Source of the DNA: Escherichia coli
Lineage (GTDB): Bacteria > Pseudomonadota > Gammaproteobacteria > Enterobacterales > Enterobacteriaceae
Length of the DNA stretch: 64,000 nt
NCBI RefSeq assembly: GCF_003334785.1
Contig: NZ_QOWV01000012.1
Direction: 5' to 3' (one strand)
Each line of letters begins with the position of its first letter. Position 1 is the stretch's first letter. Shown in pieces: positions 21,304 to 32,963 of the stretch. A model generated the notes under the pieces. It had not been told where the DNA came from, made no database searches, and worked only from the letters and a program-made list of their open reading frames with translations. The translations under genes were made by a program, and so were the position numbers.

Positions 21304-22335
21304 TTAACCTTTCTTCGCCTGGCGGGTCATAATGGCGCGATACACCTTGAAACGCCCGGTTTGCGCAATCACTTCATGGAAGCCAAATGTCTCATCCAGC
21401 ACGTCCGGGTAAGGCAGGAAGGCGTTCGCTACAATTCGCAGCTCGCCGCCGCTATTAAGATGACGCACCGCGCCGCGAATCAGCGTTTGCGCCGCATCCA
21501 GGCTGGTTTGCATCCCATCGTGGAACGGCGGGTTGGAGATGATCATATCAAAACGACCTTTCACCTCGGAAAAGACGTTGCTGGCAAAGACTTCACCTTC
21601 AACACCGTTGGCCGCAAGTGTTGCGCGGCTGGCTTCTACCGCTGGCGCAGAGACATCGCACAAGGTGAGACGAATTTTCGGCGAATGGCGCGCAAAGGCA
21701 ACTGAAAGCACACCCGCGCCACAGCCGACATCCAGCACTTTACCTTTCGTGTGCGGGGTTAACGTCGAGAGCAGCAACTGGCTACCGACATCCAGACCGT
21801 CGCGGCTAAACACGCCAGGCAGCGTTTTGACCGTCAGGCCATCGACGCTGTATTCGCCCCAGAATTTATCGGCATCAAATACCGGCTGTTTTTCCAGACG
21901 ACCAAAATAGAGGCCACAGCGACGAGCGCTGTCGACTTTATTCAACGGCGCATAATCTGCCAGCATCTGCTCGGCGCTGCGCACGCCGCTGCGGTTCTCG
22001 CCAACGACAAAAATATCTGTCCCCACTGGCAGCAGAGAAAGTAAATTCATCAACTGGAACTGGGCTTCCGGTTTGTTCTTCGGCCAGTAGTAAATCAGCG
22101 TATCGCAATCTGCGACGTCATCCACCGTGGCGACCAGACTGAAACGGGCGTTATCCCCCATCTGGCGGCTTAATACCTGCCAGTGGTGGAATTGCTGGGT
22201 ATGAGCACGGCTGGCCGCGGTATCTAAACGCGCGGGCAGGTCATCCTGTAAGTCTCCGGCAAACAGAATACGGCTTTGTTCGAAATCATCACTGTGACGC
22301 AGCAAGACTTCACTTGCCGGGGTAAATGCAGACAT
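21304..22335 (-). CDS. rsmC: 16S rRNA (guanine1207-N2)-methyltransferase RsmC
   Basis: 343-aa ORF with SAM-binding motif [11 protein letters not shown] and NPPFH catalytic motif. Confidence 0.95.
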   Translation of the reverse strand: MSAFTPASEVLLRHSDDFEQSRILFAGDLQDDLPARLDTAASRAHTQQFHHWQVLSRQMGDNARFSLVATVDDVADCDTLIYYWPKNKPEAQFQLMNLLSLLPVGTDIFVVGENRSGVRSAEQMLADYAPLNKVDSARRCGLYFGRLEKQPVFDADKFWGEYSVDGLTVKTLPGVFSRDGLDVGSQLLLSTLTPHTKGKVLDVGCGAGVLSVAFARHSPKIRLTLCDVSAPAVEASRATLAANGVEGEVFASNVFSEVKGRFDMIISNPPFHDGMQTSLDAAQTLIRGAVRHLNSGGELRIVANAFLPYPDVLDETFGFHEVIAQTGRFKVYRAIMTRQAKKG

Positions 22336-22437
22336 GGAATGCTCCTCAATTGATACTGGCGGCGATTATAGCCATATGTTGGCGCGGTATCGACGAATTT
22401 GCTATATTTGCGCCCCTGACAACAGGAGCGATTCGCT

Positions 22438-22851
22438 ATGACATCCCGACGAGACTGGCAGTTACAGCAACTGGGCATTACCCAGTGGTCGCTGCGTCGC
22501 CCTGGCGCGTTGCAGGGGGAGATTGCCATTGCGATCCCGGCACACGTCCGTCTGGTGATGGTGGCAAACGATCTTCCCGCCCTGACCGATCCTTTAGTGA
22601 GCGATGTTCTGCGCGCATTAACCGTCAGCCCCGATCAAGTGCTGCAACTGACGCCAGAAAAAATCGCGATGCTGCCGCAAGGCAGTCGCTGCAACAGCTG
22701 GCGGTTGGGTACTGACGAACCGCTATCACTGGAAGGCGCTCAGGTGGCATCACCGGCGCTCACCGAATTACGGGCAAACCCAACGGCACGCGCCGCGTTA
22801 TGGCAACAAATTTGCACATATGAACACGATTTCTTCCCTCGAAACGACTGA
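22438..22851 (+). CDS. holD: DNA polymerase III psi subunit
   Basis: 137-aa ORF MTSRRDWQLQQLGITQWSLRRPGALQGE..., recognised HolD; divergent from rsmC. Confidence 0.95.
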   Translation: MTSRRDWQLQQLGITQWSLRRPGALQGEIAIAIPAHVRLVMVANDLPALTDPLVSDVLRALTVSPDQVLQLTPEKIAMLPQGSRCNSWRLGTDEPLSLEGAQVASPALTELRANPTARAALWQQICTYEHDFFPRND

Positions 22852-23266
22852 TTTACCGGCGGCTTACCACATTGAACAACGCGCCCACGCCTTTCCGTGG
22901 AGTGAAAAAACCTTTGCCAGCAACCAGGGCGAGCGTTATCTCAACTTTCAGTTAACGCAAAACGGCAAAATGGCGGCGTTTGCGATTACGCAAGTGGTGC
23001 TGGATGAAGCTACATTGTTCAATATTGCGGTCGATCCTGACTATCAGCGTCAGGGATTGGGAAGGGTGCTGCTGGAACATCTGATCGACGAACTGGAAAA
23101 ACGCGGCGTGGCGACACTATGGCTGGAAGTCCGTGCCTCAAATGCTGCCGCCATTGCCCTGTACGAAAGTTTAGGCTTTAACGAGGCGACGATTCGCCGC
23201 AATTACTACCCCACCACGGACGGTCGCGAAGACGCCATCATCATGGCGTTGCCAATCAGTATGTAA
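22820..23266 (+). CDS. rimI: ribosomal protein S18 N-alpha-acetyltransferase RimI (GNAT)
   Basis: 148-aa ORF with GNAT motif [16 protein letters not shown]; overlaps holD by 32 nt. Confidence 0.95.
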   Translation: MNTISSLETTDLPAAYHIEQRAHAFPWSEKTFASNQGERYLNFQLTQNGKMAAFAITQVVLDEATLFNIAVDPDYQRQGLGRVLLEHLIDELEKRGVATLWLEVRASNAAAIALYESLGFNEATIRRNYYPTTDGREDAIIMALPISM

Positions 23267-23280
23267 GACAAGGTGGAATA

Positions 23281-23958
23281 ATGAAGTGGGACTGGATTTT
23301 CTTTGATGCCGATGAAACGCTGTTTACCTTTGACTCATTCACCGGCCTGCAGCGGATGTTTCTTGATTACAGCGTCACCTTTACCGCTGAAGATTTTCAG
23401 GACTATCAGGCCGTTAACAAGCCACTGTGGGTGGATTATCAAAACGGCGCGATCACTTCATTACAGCTTCAGCACGGGCGTTTTGAGAGCTGGGCCGAAC
23501 GGCTGAAAGTTGAAGCAGGCTTGCTTAACGATGCCTTTATTAATGCGATGGCGGAAATCTGCACGCCGCTGCCGGGCGCGGTTTCTCTGCTTAACGCCAT
23601 TCGTGGCAACGCCAAAATCGGCATCATCACCAACGGCTTTAGCGCCTTGCAGCAAGTGCGTCTGGAACGCACGGGCCTGCGTGATTACTTCGATTTGCTG
23701 GTGATTTCCGAAGAAGTTGGCGTTGCCAAACCGAATAAGAAAATTTTCGATTATGCGCTGGAACAGGCGGGCAATCCTGACCGTTCACGCGTGCTGATGG
23801 TTGGCGACACTGCCGAGTCCGATATTCTCGGTGGCATCAACGCCGGGCTTGCGACCTGCTGGCTGAATGCGCACCATCGCGAGCAACCAGAAGGCATCGC
23901 GCCCACCTGGACCGTTTCTTCGTTGCACGAACTGGAGCAGCTCCTGTGTAAACACTGA
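23281..23958 (+). CDS. yjjG: HAD-family pyrimidine 5-prime-nucleotidase YjjG
   Basis: 225-aa ORF with HAD motif I (IFFDADETL) and motif IV ([13 protein letters not shown]). Confidence 0.93.
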   Translation: MKWDWIFFDADETLFTFDSFTGLQRMFLDYSVTFTAEDFQDYQAVNKPLWVDYQNGAITSLQLQHGRFESWAERLKVEAGLLNDAFINAMAEICTPLPGAVSLLNAIRGNAKIGIITNGFSALQQVRLERTGLRDYFDLLVISEEVGVAKPNKKIFDYALEQAGNPDRSRVLMVGDTAESDILGGINAGLATCWLNAHHREQPEGIAPTWTVSSLHELEQLLCKH

Positions 23959-24048
23959 TTGCCTCCCCCCCGTTGATGGGTAAAATAGCCGCAATTTTTC
24001 GTTTTCAACAAGCGCGGCGCGATGCCGCTTACTCAAGAAGAAAGAATT

Positions 24049-25638
24049 ATGACGTTGTCTCCTTATTTGCAAGAGGTGGCGAAGCGCCGCACTTTTGCCA
24101 TTATTTCTCACCCGGATGCCGGTAAGACTACCATCACCGAGAAGGTGCTGCTGTTCGGACAGGCCATTCAGACCGCCGGTACAGTAAAAGGCCGTGGTTC
24201 CAACCAGCACGCTAAGTCGGACTGGATGGAGATGGAAAAGCAGCGTGGGATCTCCATTACTACGTCTGTGATGCAGTTTCCGTATCACGATTGCCTGGTT
24301 AACCTGCTCGACACCCCGGGGCACGAAGACTTCTCGGAAGATACCTATCGTACCCTGACGGCGGTGGACTGCTGCCTGATGGTTATCGACGCTGCAAAAG
24401 GTGTTGAAGATCGTACCCGTAAGCTGATGGAAGTTACCCGTCTGCGCGACACGCCGATCCTCACCTTTATGAACAAACTTGACCGTGATATCCGCGACCC
24501 GATGGAACTGCTCGATGAAGTTGAGAACGAGCTGAAAATCGGCTGCGCACCGATCACCTGGCCGATCGGCTGCGGCAAGCTGTTTAAAGGCGTTTACCAC
24601 CTTTATAAAGACGAAACCTATCTCTATCAGAGCGGTAAAGGCCACACCATTCAGGAAGTCCGCATTGTTAAAGGGCTGAATAACCCGGATCTCGATGCAG
24701 CGGTCGGTGAAGATCTGGCACAGCAGCTGCGTGACGAACTGGAACTGGTGAAAGGCGCGTCTAATGAGTTCGACAAAGAGCTGTTCCTTGCGGGCGAAAT
24801 CACTCCGGTATTCTTCGGTACTGCGCTGGGTAACTTCGGTGTCGATCATATGCTGGATGGCCTGGTGGAGTGGGCTCCTGCGCCGATGCCGCGTCAGACT
24901 GATACCCGTACCGTAGAGGCGAGCGAAGACAAATTTACCGGCTTCGTATTTAAAATTCAGGCCAACATGGACCCGAAACACCGCGACCGCGTGGCGTTTA
25001 TGCGCGTGGTATCCGGTAAATATGAAAAAGGCATGAAGCTGCGCCAGGTGCGCACTGCGAAAGATGTGGTGATCTCCGACGCGCTGACCTTTATGGCAGG
25101 TGACCGTTCGCACGTTGAAGAAGCATATCCGGGCGATATCCTCGGCCTGCACAACCACGGCACCATTCAGATTGGCGACACCTTTACCCAGGGTGAGATG
25201 ATGAAGTTCACCGGTATTCCGAACTTCGCGCCAGAACTGTTCCGTCGCATCCGCCTGAAAGATCCGCTGAAGCAAAAACAGCTGCTCAAAGGGCTGGTAC
25301 AGCTTTCCGAAGAGGGCGCGGTGCAGGTGTTCCGTCCAATCTCCAACAACGATCTGATCGTTGGTGCGGTTGGTGTGCTGCAGTTTGATGTGGTGGTATC
25401 GCGCCTGAAGAGCGAATACAACGTTGAAGCAGTATATGAATCAGTCAACGTTGCCACCGCCCGCTGGGTAGAATGTGCAGACGCGAAGAAATTCGAAGAG
25501 TTCAAGCGTAAGAACGAAAGCCAACTGGCGCTTGATGGCGGCGATAACCTCGCTTACATCGCTACCAGCATGGTCAACCTGCGCCTGGCGCAGGAACGTT
25601 ATCCGGACGTTCAGTTCCACCAGACCCGCGAGCATTAA
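24049..25638 (+). CDS. prfC: peptide chain release factor 3 (translational GTPase)
   Basis: ORF 24022..25638; start at [28 protein letters not shown] (529 aa); G1 motif [21 protein letters not shown]. Confidence 0.96.
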
Positions 25639-26030
25639 TTCTTGCCTCCAGGGCGCGGTAGCCGCTGCGCCCTGTCAATTTCCCTTCCTTATTAGCCGCT
25701 TACGGAATGTTCTTAAAACATTCACTTTTGCTTATGTTTTCGATGATATCCCGAGCGGTTTCAAAATTGTGATCTATATTTAACAAAGTAATGACATTTC
25801 TGACGGCGTTAAATACCGTTCAATGCGTAGATATCAGTATCTAAAGCCGTAGATTGTCATTCTACCGATATTAATAACTGATTCAGAGGCTGTAATGGTC
25901 GTTATTCATCACCCATCGCTTTTGTGATGGCGACCATTGACTTCTGTAGAGGGTGAAGTCTCTCCCTATTCAGCAATGCAACCTCGTGTTGCCAGGCTCA
26001 AATTACGAGCAAACTTACAGGAATAAATCG

Positions 26031-26636
26031 ATGACTATGACAAGACTGAAGATTTCGAAAACTCTGCTGGCTGTAATGTTGACCTCTGCCGTCGCGACAG
26101 GCTCTGCCTACGCGGAAAACAACGCGCAGACTACCAATGAAAGCGCAGGGCAAAAAGTCGATAGCTCTATGAATAAAGTCGGTAATTTCATGGATGACAG
26201 CGCCATCACCGCGAAAGTGAAGGCGGCCCTGGTGGATCATGACAACATCAAGAGCACCGATATCTCTGTCAAAACCGATCAAAAAGTCGTGACCCTGAGC
26301 GGTTTCGTTGAAAGCCAGGCTCAGGCCGAAGAGGCAGTGAAAGTGGCGAAAGGCGTTGAAGGGGTGACCTCTGTCAGCGACAAACTGCACGTTCGCGACG
26401 CTAAAGAAGGCTCGGTGAAGGGCTACGCGGGTGACACCGCCACCACCAGTGAAATCAAAGCCAAACTGCTGGCGGACGATATCGTCCCTTCCCGTCATGT
26501 GAAAGTTGAAACCACCGATGGCGTGGTTCAGCTCTCCGGTACCGTAGATTCTCAGGCACAAAGTGACCGTGCTGAAAGTATCGCCAAAGCGGTAGATGGT
26601 GTGAAAAGCGTTAAAAATGATCTGAAAACTAAGTAA
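26031..26636 (+). CDS. osmY: osmotically inducible periplasmic protein OsmY (two BON domains)
   Basis: ORF 25953..26636; start at [28 protein letters not shown] (201 aa); signal peptide and duplicated BON domain. Confidence 0.95.
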
Positions 26637-26762
26637 TTCGTCGTAATTCGTCCTCCCGAACTTTGTCGGGAGGCGCGATGTGCACCACACTAAAAATATC
26701 GCATTGAGTGATTTTCACGCTCATATCAAGCGGTGACATTAACTATGGTAAAGGAGACGCTT

Positions 26763-26924
26763 ATGTTTCGTTGGGGCATCATATTTCTGGTTATCGCGTT
26801 AATCGCCGCCGCACTTGGGTTTGGTGGTCTGGCCGGTACCGCTGCAGGCGCAGCTAAAATTGTCTTTGTCGTCGGGATTATTCTGTTCCTGGTGAGTTTG
26901 TTCATGGGCCGAAAACGACCCTAG
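26763..26924 (+). CDS. ytjA: small membrane protein YtjA (DUF1328)
   Basis: ORF 26733..26924; start at [53 protein letters not shown] (53 aa), two hydrophobic helices. Confidence 0.8.
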
Positions 26925-26953
26925 ATTTCAGACCATTAAGAAAATTTTATCCA

Positions 26954-26988
26954 AAGCCAGTCCAGCGGACTGGCTTTTGCGGTTTTAG
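26954..26988 (+). terminator. Rho-independent terminator after ytjA
   Basis: Hairpin GCCAGTCCAGCGGACTGGC followed by TTTTGCGGTTTT. Confidence 0.75.
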
Positions 26989-27045
26989 CGAATAATAAAT
27001 TGCGTTACTTTGTCATTCTTTCACAACAAAAACAGGAAGGCAGAG

Positions 27046-28119
27046 GTGGGGCAGCGAATACCTGTAACGCTTGGTAATATTGCGCCGTTGTCGCTAAGGC
27101 CGTTCCAGCCTGGACGAATAGCTCTGGTGTGCGAAGGCGGCGGACAGCGTGGAATTTTCACGGCTGGCGTGCTGGATGAGTTTATGCGCGCGCAGTTTAA
27201 TCCTTTCGATCTTTATCTCGGCACATCTGCCGGGGCGCAGAACCTCTCGGCGTTTATCTGTAATCAGCCCGGTTACGCGCGCAAAGTCATCATGCGCTAT
27301 ACCACAAAACGCGAATTTTTCGATCCATTGCGCTTTGTCCGTGGAGGAAATCTTATCGATCTCGACTGGCTGGTGGAGGCCACCGCAAGCCAGATGCCGT
27401 TGCAAATGGATACCGCCGCGCGGTTGTTTGACAGCGGCAAATCGTTTTATATGTGCGCCTGTCGTCAGGATGACTACGCGCCTAATTACTTTTTACCAAC
27501 CAAACAAAACTGGCTGGATGTGATTCGCGCCTCCAGTGCGATACCTGGCTTTTATCGTAGCGGAGTGTCGCTGGAAGGCATTAACTACCTGGATGGCGGG
27601 ATCAGTGATGCGATTCCGGTTAAAGAGGCGGCAAGGCAGGGCGCTAAAACGTTGGTCGTCATCCGCACTGTGCCGTCACAAATGTACTACACGCCGCAGT
27701 GGTTCAAACGCATGGAACGCTGGCTGGGTGACAGTAGCCTGCAGCCGCTGGTCAATCTGGTGCAGCATCATGAAACCAGCTATCGTGACATTCAGCAATT
27801 TATTGAGAAACCACCGGGCAAGCTGCGGATATTCGAAATTTATCCACCGAAACCATTACATAGTATCGCGCTTGGCAGTCGGATTCCGGCGCTGCGTGAA
27901 GACTATAAACTTGGGCGTTTATGCGGTCGTTATTTCCTCGCCACGGTTGGCAAGCTATTAACTGAAAAAGCGCCGCTTACCCGCCATCTGGTGCCAGTGG
28001 TGACGCCGGAATCGATCGTTATTCCGCCTGCGCCAGTCGCCAACGATACGCTGGTTGCCGAAGTGAGCGATGCTCCGCAGGCGAACGACCCGACATTTAA
28101 CAATGAGGATCTGGCTTGA
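27046..28119 (+). CDS. yjjU: patatin-like phospholipase family protein YjjU
   Basis: ORF 27010..28119; start at GTG giving MGQRIPVTLGN... (357 aa); patatin motifs GGGxRG (CEGGGQRG) and GxSxG (GTSAG). Confidence 0.88.
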   Translation: MGQRIPVTLGNIAPLSLRPFQPGRIALVCEGGGQRGIFTAGVLDEFMRAQFNPFDLYLGTSAGAQNLSAFICNQPGYARKVIMRYTTKREFFDPLRFVRGGNLIDLDWLVEATASQMPLQMDTAARLFDSGKSFYMCACRQDDYAPNYFLPTKQNWLDVIRASSAIPGFYRSGVSLEGINYLDGGISDAIPVKEAARQGAKTLVVIRTVPSQMYYTPQWFKRMERWLGDSSLQPLVNLVQHHETSYRDIQQFIEKPPGKLRIFEIYPPKPLHSIALGSRIPALREDYKLGRLCGRYFLATVGKLLTEKAPLTRHLVPVVTPESIVIPPAPVANDTLVAEVSDAPQANDPTFNNEDLA

Positions 28120-28898
28120 TTTGCCGTTTTATCGATACCCACTGCCATTTTGATTTCCCGCCGTTTAGTGGCGATGAAGAGGCCAGCCTGCAACGCGCGG
28201 CACAAGCGGGCGTAGGCAAGATCATTGTTCCGGCGACAGAGGCGGAAAATTTTGCCCGCGTGCAGGCGTTAGCGGAAAAATATCAACCGCTGTATGCCGC
28301 ATTGGGGTTGCATCCGGGGATGTTGGAAAAACATAGCGATGTGTCTCTTGATCAGCTACAGCAGGCGCTGGAAAGGCGTCCGGCGAAGGTGGTGGCGGTG
28401 GGGGAGATCGGTCTGGATCTCTTCGGCGACGATCCGCAATTTGAGAGGCAGCAGTGGTTACTCGACGAACAACTGAAACTGGCGAAACTCTACGATCTGC
28501 CGGTGATCCTGCATTCACGGCGCACACACGACAAACTGGCGATGCATCTTAAACGCCACGATTTGCCGCGTGCTGGTGTTGTCCACGGATTTTCTGGCAG
28601 CCAGCAACAGGCTGAACGGTTTGTACAGCTGGGCTACAAAATCGGCGTAGGCGGTACTATCACCTATCCACGCGCCAGTAAAACCCGCGATGTCATCGCA
28701 AAATTACCGCTGGCATCGTTGTTGCTGGAAACCGACGCGCCGGATATGCCGCTCAACGGCTTTCAGGGGCAGCCTAACCGACCGGAACAGGCTGTGCGGG
28801 TGTTTGACGTGCTTTGCGAGTTGCGCCCGGAACCAGAAGATGAGATTGCCGAAGTGTTGCTTAATAATACGTATGCGTTGTTTAGCGTTAGTGGGTAG
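28116..28898 (+). CDS. yjjV: TatD-family metal-dependent hydrolase/DNase YjjV
   Basis: 260-aa ORF starting IDTHCHFDF (TatD His motif); TTG start overlapping yjjU stop. Confidence 0.9.
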   Translation: MICRFIDTHCHFDFPPFSGDEEASLQRAAQAGVGKIIVPATEAENFARVQALAEKYQPLYAALGLHPGMLEKHSDVSLDQLQQALERRPAKVVAVGEIGLDLFGDDPQFERQQWLLDEQLKLAKLYDLPVILHSRRTHDKLAMHLKRHDLPRAGVVHGFSGSQQQAERFVQLGYKIGVGGTITYPRASKTRDVIAKLPLASLLLETDAPDMPLNGFQGQPNRPEQAVRVFDVLCELRPEPEDEIAEVLLNNTYALFSVSG

Positions 28899-28904
28899 TT
28901 TACC

Positions 28905-29413
<509 letters not shown>

Positions 29414-29414
29414 G

Positions 29415-30278
29415 TCACAAATACAGCGCCGGAAATATCAACCGGCCCACCCCGCGCACCTTTAATGCATCAGCCAACGGCTCAACGTCTTCCGGCGTGG
29501 CGCTCGCCCAGCTTTGCGCCTCGCCATACACGCCGTGGGCATGAAACGCGTTCAGGCGTACCGGAACATCGCCAAGTCCCTTGATAAACGCCGCCAGTTC
29601 TTCGATGTGTTGCAAATAATCCACCTGGCCAGGGATTACCAGCAAACGCAGTTCCGCCAGCTTGCCGCGCTCTGCCAGCAAACAGATGCTGCGCTTAATC
29701 TGCTGATTATCGCGTCCGGTTAATTGTTGATGACATTCGCTACCCCATGCTTTGAGATCGAGCATTGCGCCGTCACACACCGGGAGTAATTTTTCCCAGC
29801 CGGTTTCGCTCAACATGCCGTTACTGTCCACCAGACAGGTGAGATGGCGCAGTTGCGGATCGTTTTTGATAGCAGTAAACAGCGCCACTACAAACGGCAG
29901 TTGGGTCGTGGCTTCGCCGCCGCTTACCGTTATCCCTTCAATAAACAGCACCGCTTTGCGGACATGGCTAAGCACTTCGTCCACGCTCATGGATTGCGCC
30001 ATCGGCGTGGCATGTTGCGGACACCTCTTCAGGCAGGTATCACACTGCTCGCAGACCGCAGCGTTCCACACCACTTTGCCGTCAACAATCTGCAACGCCT
30101 GATGCGGACACTGTGGCACGCACTCTCCGCAATGATTACAGCGCCCCATCGTCCACGGATTGTGACAGTTTTTGCAGCGCAGATTGCAGCCCTGCAAAAA
30201 CAGAGCCAGACGACTGCCTGGCCCGTCAACGCAGGAGAAGGGGATAATCTTACTGACTAAAGCGCATCTGCTGTTCAT
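29415..30278 (-). CDS. yjjW: glycyl-radical enzyme activating enzyme (radical SAM, two auxiliary ferredoxin-like 4Fe-4S motifs)
   Basis: 287-aa ORF with CNLRCKNC (CX3CX2C radical SAM) plus [11 protein letters not shown] and [11 protein letters not shown] clusters. Confidence 0.9.
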   Translation of the reverse strand: MNSRCALVSKIIPFSCVDGPGSRLALFLQGCNLRCKNCHNPWTMGRCNHCGECVPQCPHQALQIVDGKVVWNAAVCEQCDTCLKRCPQHATPMAQSMSVDEVLSHVRKAVLFIEGITVSGGEATTQLPFVVALFTAIKNDPQLRHLTCLVDSNGMLSETGWEKLLPVCDGAMLDLKAWGSECHQQLTGRDNQQIKRSICLLAERGKLAELRLLVIPGQVDYLQHIEELAAFIKGLGDVPVRLNAFHAHGVYGEAQSWASATPEDVEPLADALKVRGVGRLIFPALYL

Positions 30279-31800
30279 GGCTTATCACGCGCGGCTGGCG
30301 TTCCAGAATACGAGTGTTGCGTGCGGCTTCTTCGCCCAGCCAGGTGGTGTTGGTGCGTGAACCTTCGGCGCGATATTTTTCTAAATCCGACAAACGCACC
30401 ATATAACCGGTAACGCGAACCAGATCGTTACCGCTGACATTGGCGGTAAATTCACGCATTCCGGCTTTAAAGGCACCGAGGCAAAGCTGTACCAGCGCCT
30501 GCGGATTACGTTTGATGGTTTCGTCGAGCGTCAGAATGTCGCTGATGCCGGAATAATAATAAGCATGATGCGGGGCGACAGTTTGCAGATGGGTGATCGG
30601 ATCTGGCTCATCGCCATAGGGTAAACGCGCGCCCGGCGTGGTGCCGATATCGGAACTGATCCCCGACTGTGCGTGTAACATGGCGCGTTTTTGCCAGCCA
30701 TATTTCACGGGGGTATTGGCGACAAACTCCGCCAGTTGCGCGCTGATGCGATAACCCACTTCATTTGCGGCGGCTTCTTTACCGTAGCGCGCGGCAATCC
30801 CTTCTTTCTCACACAGCAAGTTAACCGCTTCCGCCAGCCCATACATGCCAAACATTGGCACAAAACGTTCAGGGTTAATCAGCCCTTCTTTCACCAGGAA
30901 GCTATTCTCAAAGAAGTGTGATTGTTGATAGAGGAATTCACACCGCGCATCGATGATGGCGATCTGCTGCTGGCAGTAGTGCGGTAGAGTGCGCGTAAAG
31001 AAGTCATCCAGCGATTCGCTGCGCTCGGCAATGGCTTTCAGGTTAAGGCGTACCAGCGTGCTGCCACCACCCGCCAGCGGCAGTGAGTTGTAACAGCTCA
31101 CAATCCCGTAGCCCCCTTTTGTGAAAATTTTATCATGCACCGGACCGTTGGCGATGTGCGGTTTGCTACATTCACAGATGTTCTTCGCCACTTCCAGCAG
31201 TAGGTCATCAGGGGTGATTTCAGGATCGTAGATAAAGGTCAGGTTCGGTGAAACCTGCTTCAACTCTGCGTCTGCACGTAAGATTGCACGGGTAATGGGC
31301 GAATCAGACGGGCCGATATTGGCGTGCATAAAGGCGTCTGGCAGGGTTCTGTCGAGGTAACGCCAGAAACGTTTTATTCGAATATCGATCTCGTCTTGTG
31401 TTAGAATTCTAACATACGGTTGCAACAACGCATCCAGTTGCCCCAGGTAGACCGGCATCGATGTGACCGACGGTACGTGGTGGTAAAGAATGGTCAGCAG
31501 AGAGAGTGCGTCATCAAGATCTTTCGCGCCTTCCAGCTCCAGCCATTCGGAACCGTTCGCCAGAAAACGGGCGTAATCGGGTAAGACATAGCGCGGTTTG
31601 TACGGCGCATGACCTTCAAACATATCGCAGATTACACCCTCATCCAGCGCACGGCGGGCTTCGGCAGGCAGCTGCGGATAAGGCAGATTGTTTTCTGCTT
31701 CAAGTGCCAGAAAATGGCGCTTCTGCTCCGGGCTAAGCACTGGGCTGGTGACAATTTGCTGGCAACGTTGTTGCAGTGCATTTTCATCAGAAGTGGGCAT
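30250..31800 (-). CDS. yjjI: putative glycyl-radical enzyme YjjI (DUF3029), substrate unknown
   Basis: 516-aa ORF; C-terminal RVTGYMVRL matches glycyl-radical signature RV[ST]G[YF]; overlaps downstream activase gene yjjW by 29 nt. Confidence 0.88.
   Translation of the reverse strand: MPTSDENALQQRCQQIVTSPVLSPEQKRHFLALEAENNLPYPQLPAEARRALDEGVICDMFEGHAPYKPRYVLPDYARFLANGSEWLELEGAKDLDDALSLLTILYHHVPSVTSMPVYLGQLDALLQPYVRILTQDEIDIRIKRFWRYLDRTLPDAFMHANIGPSDSPITRAILRADAELKQVSPNLTFIYDPEITPDDLLLEVAKNICECSKPHIANGPVHDKIFTKGGYGIVSCYNSLPLAGGGSTLVRLNLKAIAERSESLDDFFTRTLPHYCQQQIAIIDARCEFLYQQSHFFENSFLVKEGLINPERFVPMFGMYGLAEAVNLLCEKEGIAARYGKEAAANEVGYRISAQLAEFVANTPVKYGWQKRAMLHAQSGISSDIGTTPGARLPYGDEPDPITHLQTVAPHHAYYYSGISDILTLDETIKRNPQALVQLCLGAFKAGMREFTANVSGNDLVRVTGYMVRLSDLEKYRAEGSRTNTTWLGEEAARNTRILERQPRVISHEQQMRFSQ
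31120..31135. promoter_or_regulatory. Candidate DeoR operator OE
   Basis: TGTGAAAATTTTATCA (12/16 match to TGTTAGAATTCTAACA) lying 279 bp upstream of O1, matching the reported OE spacing; inside yjjI coding sequence. Confidence 0.5.
31399..31414. promoter_or_regulatory. DeoR operator O1 (deoP1)
   Basis: Perfect 16-bp palindrome TGTTAGAATTCTAACA, exactly 599 bp upstream of the second site, as known for deoP1/deoP2; inside yjjI coding sequence. Confidence 0.8.
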
Positions 31801-31889
31801 CTTCTTTTCCTTTTATGCCGAAGGTGATGCGCCATTGTAAGAAGTTTCGTGATGTTCACTTTGATCCTGATGCGTTTGCCACCACTGAC

Positions 31890-31990
31890 GCATTCATTTG
31901 AAAGTGAATTATTTGAACCAGATCGCATTACAGTGATGCAAACTTGTAAGTAGATTTCCTTAATTGTGATGTATATCGAAGTGTGTTGCG
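31890..31990 (+). promoter_or_regulatory. deoP2 region with CRP/CytR-type sites
   Basis: TGTGA-containing half sites (AATTGTGATGTATATCGAAGTGTG, CAGTGATGCA) just upstream of O2; assignment from known deoP2 architecture, positions approximate. Confidence 0.45.
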
Positions 31991-31997
31991 GAGTAGA

Positions 31998-32013
31998 TGT
32001 TAGAATACTAACA
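31998..32013. promoter_or_regulatory. DeoR operator O2 (deoP2)
   Basis: TGTTAGAATACTAACA, near-perfect palindrome about 45 bp upstream of deoC ATG. Confidence 0.8.
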
Positions 32014-32057
32014 AACTCGCAAGGTGAATTTTATTGGCGACAAGCCAGGAGAATGAA

Positions 32058-32837
32058 ATGACTGATCTGAAAGCAAGCAGCCTGCGTGCACTGAAATTGA
32101 TGGACCTGACCACCCTGAATGACGACGACACCGACGAGAAAGTAATTGCTCTGTGTCATCAGGCCAAAACTCCGGTCGGCAATACCGCCGCTATCTGTAT
32201 CTATCCTCGCTTTATCCCGATTGCTCGCAAAACGCTGAAAGAGCAGGGCACCCCGGAAATCCGAATCGCTACGGTAACCAACTTCCCACACGGTAACGAT
32301 GACATCGAAATCGCGCTGGCAGAAACCCGTGCGGCAATCGCCTACGGTGCAGATGAAGTTGACGTTGTGTTCCCGTACCGCGCGCTGATGGCGGGTAACG
32401 AGCAGGTTGGTTTTGACCTGGTGAAAGCCTGTAAAGAGGCTTGCGCGGCAGCGAATGTACTGCTGAAAGTGATCATCGAAACCGGCGAACTGAAAGACGA
32501 AGCGCTGATCCGTAAAGCGTCTGAAATCTCCATCAAAGCGGGTGCGGACTTCATCAAAACCTCTACCGGTAAAGTGGCTGTGAACGCGACGCCGGAAAGC
32601 GCGCGCATCATGATGGAAGTGATCCGTGATATGGGCGTAGAAAAAACCGTTGGTTTCAAACCGGCGGGCGGCGTGCGTACTGCGGAAGATGCGCAGAAAT
32701 ATCTCGCCATCGCAGATGAACTGTTCGGTGCTGACTGGGCTGATGCGCGTCACTACCGCTTTGGTGCTTCCAGCCTGCTGGCAAGCCTGCTGAAAGCGCT
32801 GGGCCACGGCGACGGTAAGAGCGCCAGCAGCTACTAA
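32058..32837 (+). CDS. deoC: deoxyribose-phosphate aldolase
   Basis: ORF 32034..32837; start at [29 protein letters not shown] (259 aa); recognised DeoC. Confidence 0.96.
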
Positions 32838-32847
32838 GTAAGATGCT

Positions 32848-32932
32848 TTACGCCTGATGCGCTGCGCTTATCAGGCCTACGAGACGTATCTACCCGTAGG
32901 CCGGATAAGGCGTAGACGCATCCGGCAAAAGC
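32848..32932. repeat. REP palindromic elements between deoC and deoA
   Basis: GCCTGATGCGCTGCGCTTATCAGGCCTAC and GTAGGCCGGATAAGGCGTAGACGCATCCGGCA. Confidence 0.85.
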
Positions 32933-32963
32933 CGCCTCATACTCTTTTCCTCGGGAGGTTACC

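Noticed and set aside
23785-25275. 496-aa minus-strand ORF
   Set aside because: Antisense to prfC, whose sense frame encodes a clearly recognisable release factor 3 GTPase; long stop-free antisense frames are common opposite GC-rich conserved genes.
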